46,838 nucleotides of DNA from a virus. Its lineage: Duplodnaviria; Caudoviricetes. A model generated the notes under the pieces. The model was not told the origin of the DNA and made no database searches. It saw only the letters and a list, made by a program, of their open reading frames with translations. This document shows positions 42,768-46,838 of this stretch, piece after piece. The position numbers and the translations under genes are program-made. The stretch is taken from positions 1-46,838 of the IMG/VR virus record IMGVR_UViG_3300020045_011081; one strand, 5' to 3'. Positions within the stretch are counted from its first letter, which is position 1, and the number at the start of each line of letters is the position of its first letter.

Positions 42768-45185
42768 ATGTCAAGATTTAACTGGGATAGTATCCCGAAG
42801 CCTCTTCAGCAAATACAACGCTGGGCGGTATACCGTGCAGGACCAGTAGGTACGCATGGCCAATCTGAAATGTGGGTTATACCAGGAACTCGGTCTAAGT
42901 TTAAAGCCAACGATCCTAGTAATGCTTTAACCTTTAATAAAGCGCGCGCATACGCATCTTCTTTAAATACACAACATTCTTGTGAAGACTTCGGACCGGC
43001 TTATATTGTTGGGCCGGATCATGTTATTTTAGACTTTGACCATACCGAAGAAGAAAGCCTTGACCCTAAGATTAAAGCAGCTCAGTATGCTTTAATGGCA
43101 GAGATGCCTACATGGATTGAGCGTTCATCTTCACTTACAGGTTATCATGCTTTCTACGCGGCAGGCGGGAGAGGTTCTGCGTCTACCCGTGTTGACGAGC
43201 TTGAGCTTGATGTTAAGGGTAACAACTCATTCATTTACATGACTGGTAATGTTGTTACCGATAACGGTGGCATGCTTAGTGTAGCAGGTGACTTTGTAGC
43301 TAAGACACTTGAACACTCATTTGAAAAGCGTGACTTCATTAAGTCTAAGATTGACTGGCATCCTGAGTCATGCACAGATGAAGAGCTGTTTGAATTATAT
43401 GCAGCTGAGCGTCCTGAGCAGTTACTCTTCTTACGTACATCGCAAGAACAAACAGGTATTGGTGAACAACGGTTTGCTGCCCTTAAAGACTTGATTGTAC
43501 GGTCTATGAACTACGAGCAGATTGAGCGTGTATATTTAGAAGCACCGGCTTGTAGCTTTGAAAACAAATCTAATAAGCGAGGCTCAACAGACAAAACAGA
43601 AGAAGGTTATAAAGACTACTTACGTCGTGAGATACTTCGTGCTGCTAATGAATTGTCAATGTCGGGTCACTTCCATAAGCTGATGAAGTTTACCATGAAA
43701 GTACCTGGTGCGCCAAGTGAACCAGTGACTGAGCATAAGCTTGCACGTACTGCTCCATCAGAAGAATACAGATACCCACCATTATTTGGTATTGGTGCTA
43801 AGGCTCAAGAGAGCTTTGACTTATTAGGTGCATGCGCGCCTGATTTATCTGTGATGTCAACACTGAGCTTCTTAGCCATGGCGTGTGGAAGAAACTATGC
43901 TACACGGGGCTTTGACTTTGACTATGACAAATGGGGTATTAACAACGCATTGAATTATCTGAGCGTTGACTTCATGGTTGTAGCAGGCTCTAAGTCAGGC
44001 AAGTCAACAAGCATTGAACGCTTCACTAAGTTTGGCAAGTATATACCTGGCGACATGTTTGCAGCTAAAGCTTGGTGGTCCATGGAACGATCCACACAGT
44101 TCAGCCCGAAGTCGTTAAGCTCAAAGGTATTGCATAGCAAGGTAACAGCAAAGCCTGATGGTGTCTTATTGCATCTGGATGAGATTGGTATGATCCTTGA
44201 AGCGTCAGGTCAGATGGGCGGCCTTGAAGGTTGGATTAACTCTATCAATAATGCAAGGCAAGTTGATGGTGTGTTAAGAGCCCCAGAATTTACTGATGGC
44301 AAGAATAACTTAGCAGCAATTACTGACCCAGTGCTATCGCTAATTGCTACAGGTGTACCAAGCTCAATAGCCAAAGAGATTAAGAAGAATAGTCGTATGG
44401 ATGGTGGCTTCTTATCAAGGTTTGTGATTGTCCTGTCTAACTCAATGCCAGAGAAGATTAAAGATACTCGCAAGCGGGCTTCATTCAGTGCACAGGCGAT
44501 TGAAGAGATTAAGCTCAATGAAGAGTTCTTAGTGTGGCTTAATAAAGTGACGTTTAAGCGTGACAAGCCTATTGAGATTCGTTGGAGTGACTCAATCTCA
44601 GATAGCTTGCTTGAACGTGTTAAACAAGTGGCTAGCTTTGATGACGAGCAAAAGCTGACTATTCCTTTTAACCGGTACGATGATTACACAATCAAGTTGT
44701 CTGGACTAATGGCTGTGACTACTAATCCTGATGATCCTATCCACACTGACACAACACTTGAATGGGCGTTAGCTTATACACAGGCAGCTCGCGGAGGTGC
44801 TGCCGCTTTCCTATCCTTTCATAGCCAACCCGGAACTACTAAGCGGTCTGAACTCGAAGACGTCGACCTTACGGAAGTCTCTGACAGAATATATAAACTG
44901 GTGTCTTCGTTCATCGGTGATAAAATCGAAGGAACGGAAGCGCATACTAAACGCATTCAATATTACATGAGCCAACGACGCAAGGCTTATATAAACGCTA
45001 TTGAGGAGAATGCAATAGACTTTATGTGTTTAGCTACAAACAAGAATACTTTGGGTTGTAGCAAGGTAGGATCTAAGTTAAATGAGATTATTGCTGCGGC
45101 AATTGACTTAGGAGTTAAAGACGGTCGGTTGAATGTTATATTAGTCAACGGACGAAAAGCTGTTCAAGCTCTAGCTTTAGAGTAA
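42768..45185 (+). CDS. Primase-polymerase (AEP) fused to a DUF3987-like P-loop helicase domain
   Basis: IP..L...RW, LDFDH, E.S.S..GYH, MTG; GSKSGKST, LDEIG, GFLSRF. Confidence 0.85.
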   Translation: MSRFNWDSIPKPLQQIQRWAVYRAGPVGTHGQSEMWVIPGTRSKFKANDPSNALTFNKARAYASSLNTQHSCEDFGPAYIVGPDHVILDFDHTEEESLDPKIKAAQYALMAEMPTWIERSSSLTGYHAFYAAGGRGSASTRVDELELDVKGNNSFIYMTGNVVTDNGGMLSVAGDFVAKTLEHSFEKRDFIKSKIDWHPESCTDEELFELYAAERPEQLLFLRTSQEQTGIGEQRFAALKDLIVRSMNYEQIERVYLEAPACSFENKSNKRGSTDKTEEGYKDYLRREILRAANELSMSGHFHKLMKFTMKVPGAPSEPVTEHKLARTAPSEEYRYPPLFGIGAKAQESFDLLGACAPDLSVMSTLSFLAMACGRNYATRGFDFDYDKWGINNALNYLSVDFMVVAGSKSGKSTSIERFTKFGKYIPGDMFAAKAWWSMERSTQFSPKSLSSKVLHSKVTAKPDGVLLHLDEIGMILEASGQMGGLEGWINSINNARQVDGVLRAPEFTDGKNNLAAITDPVLSLIATGVPSSIAKEIKKNSRMDGGFLSRFVIVLSNSMPEKIKDTRKRASFSAQAIEEIKLNEEFLVWLNKVTFKRDKPIEIRWSDSISDSLLERVKQVASFDDEQKLTIPFNRYDDYTIKLSGLMAVTTNPDDPIHTDTTLEWALAYTQAARGGAAAFLSFHSQPGTTKRSELEDVDLTEVSDRIYKLVSSFIGDKIEGTEAHTKRIQYYMSQRRKAYINAIEENAIDFMCLATNKNTLGCSKVGSKLNEIIAAAIDLGVKDGRLNVILVNGRKAVQALALE

Positions 45186-45186
45186 C

Positions 45187-45485
45187 GCGTTGTCGACAAC
45201 ACAAAAGTATTGTCAAATCCTAAGTCCTTGTTTTTAATAGTGTTGTCAGTGTTGTCATGCGTTGTCAAAGGTGAGGTACCCAGAGTGCCTAGGGTGGTGT
45301 AGTCTAGGTAGGTATGGTATAAGGTAGGCTGTATATGTATGGCCTGCTTTGTACCCAGCTCCTATATACCTATCTATATATATTATATAATAACCCTTTA
45401 TATTTATGACAACACAGACAACGCTGACAACGCATTGATTTTAAAGACTATTTTTTTTGACAATACTTTGACTACGTGACAACGC
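45187..45485. repeat. Iteron-like inverted repeat array, putative replication origin
   Basis: Five GYRTTGTC(A) copies and five inverted copies around an AT-rich core. Confidence 0.75.
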
Positions 45486-45567
45486 ACATTTTTCCGAACT
45501 AGGAAACGCTGCCAACGCCAGATTCTAGTTCTGGTTTCAATAACTGATGATTGAAGGATGTATTGAC

Positions 45568-46002
45568 ATGGGTATTAACATACGGGCTAAAGGCCAGATC
45601 GGTGAACGGGAAGTTTGTGCCATTTTGGTCAGTCAAGGACTCTGTACTGAGGCAACTCGTGAACTTGATCAGGTTCGCATAGGCGGGTCGGATGTAGAGG
45701 CGCTTGCTCATATGTCGATTGAAGTAAAACGACAAGAGAAGGCTACTATTAAGGGTTACTGGGATCAGGTGACTATTTCAGCGGCAGCTGTGGGTAAGTG
45801 CCCATGTGTATGGTGGAGACCTAACAGGAAGGAATGGCTGGTTATGCTGCCAGCTGGAACTATACCAGAAGCTTATTTGCTTTATGGTATCCTATCGTGT
45901 GGAAAAGTGATCCCTAAAAACTATAAACACCTACAGTTTGTGCATTACAAAGACTTTTGTAATTGGTATAAAGCTAACTACGCAACTTACGTAGTGGCCT
46001 AG
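45568..46002 (+). CDS. Holliday junction resolvase-like PD-(D/E)XK nuclease
   Basis: R.KG..GERE, GGSD, IEVKRQE, W.Q. Confidence 0.82.
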   Translation: MGINIRAKGQIGEREVCAILVSQGLCTEATRELDQVRIGGSDVEALAHMSIEVKRQEKATIKGYWDQVTISAAAVGKCPCVWWRPNRKEWLVMLPAGTIPEAYLLYGILSCGKVIPKNYKHLQFVHYKDFCNWYKANYATYVVA

Positions 46003-46057
46003 TTTCAAGGTGGCTGCACAGTTTCTGGACGGCTGCCCAGTTTCAAGGCAGCTTTCC
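46001..46057 (+). repeat. Three degenerate 19-bp tandem repeats (AGTTTC..G..GCT..)
   Basis: AGTTTC at 46001, 46020 and 46039. Confidence 0.6.
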
Positions 46058-46770
46058 ATCTGGTGCCACTTGCCACTGCGCCATATACGTGTCTAGGTAG
46101 AATACTATAGAGAATTAGTGCTAAGGATGCTATTTAGATAAGCTTTATATAGATCGCCATAGCTCTGAATAGGGCTATGGCTTATGCTTTGCTATGTCTA
46201 TATAGAGAATGAGGCAGAAGGTAATACGAAGGATGTACTTGAAGTGATGAATATCTGTGGTAAACCTATAAGCCTAAAATTTTTTCTGGCAATCGTATAA
46301 ATCTAGATTGGCATTTGCCAGTATGTCTTCCTACATAATGTTTTTCTACGTATTGTATTTTAACATATTCAATTTCTACATAATCAATTTCTACATATTG
46401 CTCGAAAACATTATGTATTTACGCAATTGAGAGTGATAATAGCTCTCAACACACCAGACTGCATAATGTGATTTGACATACTGGACAAACTGTCTAGTGT
46501 ATCTGATTTGATACAAACATTGTATCATAAATGTGACAAGTATGAAAATAAGTGTACAACCGACTATATTCATGCATCCAACAAAATAAACGTTTACAAA
46601 CAGTCAGAAGTATGATATTCGCGCGCTTATTAATAGGCGTTATCATCTGGCATCAATAGGTTTTACCTACCAGACCGCTTCTATTGATTAGTTTATTTGT
46701 GTGTACAACTTCAATAAACCAATACACAATAGACCTATCAAATCAACAAACACTCCCAGGGAGTAAAGTC

Positions 46771-46838
46771 ATGTTTAACTTTGCAATTGGTTATACTACA
46801 TTAGTATTTGACTGTCAGGATGAAGTCATTGCTTTTGT
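46771..46838 (+). CDS. ORF truncated by the window end (MFNFAIGYTT...)
   Basis: AGGGAG RBS; no stop before the end. Confidence 0.55.
   Translation, partial: MFNFAIGYTTLVFDCQDEVIAF

Overview
A large, probably near-complete genome of a tailed dsDNA phage. I found no integrase or repressor, so it is presumably lytic. Spanins and sigma70-type promoters suggest a Gram-negative host. Plus strand: small early genes and an ATP-dependent ligase (0.5-5.6 kb), terS/terL/portal, a three-gene insert, T1-like scaffold and capsid, a contractile tail and baseplate, a tailspike, and a holin/Rz/Rz1/amidase lysis block (to 26.2 kb). Minus strand (26.2-42.3 kb): PolA, clamp-like protein, thymidylate-synthase homologue, MazG-like pyrophosphatase, tRNA(CAT), helicase, Cas4-like nuclease, dCMP deaminase, DUF669 SSB, Sak4-like ATPase, dNMP kinase and a LytTR protein. 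A plus-strand primase follows, with an iteron-like inverted repeat downstream. The right end stops mid-ORF, and the first 156 bp are an inverted copy of 3692-3847, probably an artefact. Three items stand out. (1) The thymidylate synthase has Asp at the Asn177 specificity position, suggesting dCMP methylation; with its partner genes this implies cytosine-modified DNA or a dUMP-independent route to dTMP. (2) A 1.3 kb array repeats a hairpin/pseudoknot plus long-stem cassette four times, enclosing a tRNA and three unknown RNAs. (3) A cassette encoding a fusion-peptide-like coiled-coil protein sits between portal and scaffold. All family names come from motifs recognised by eye, not from database searches.
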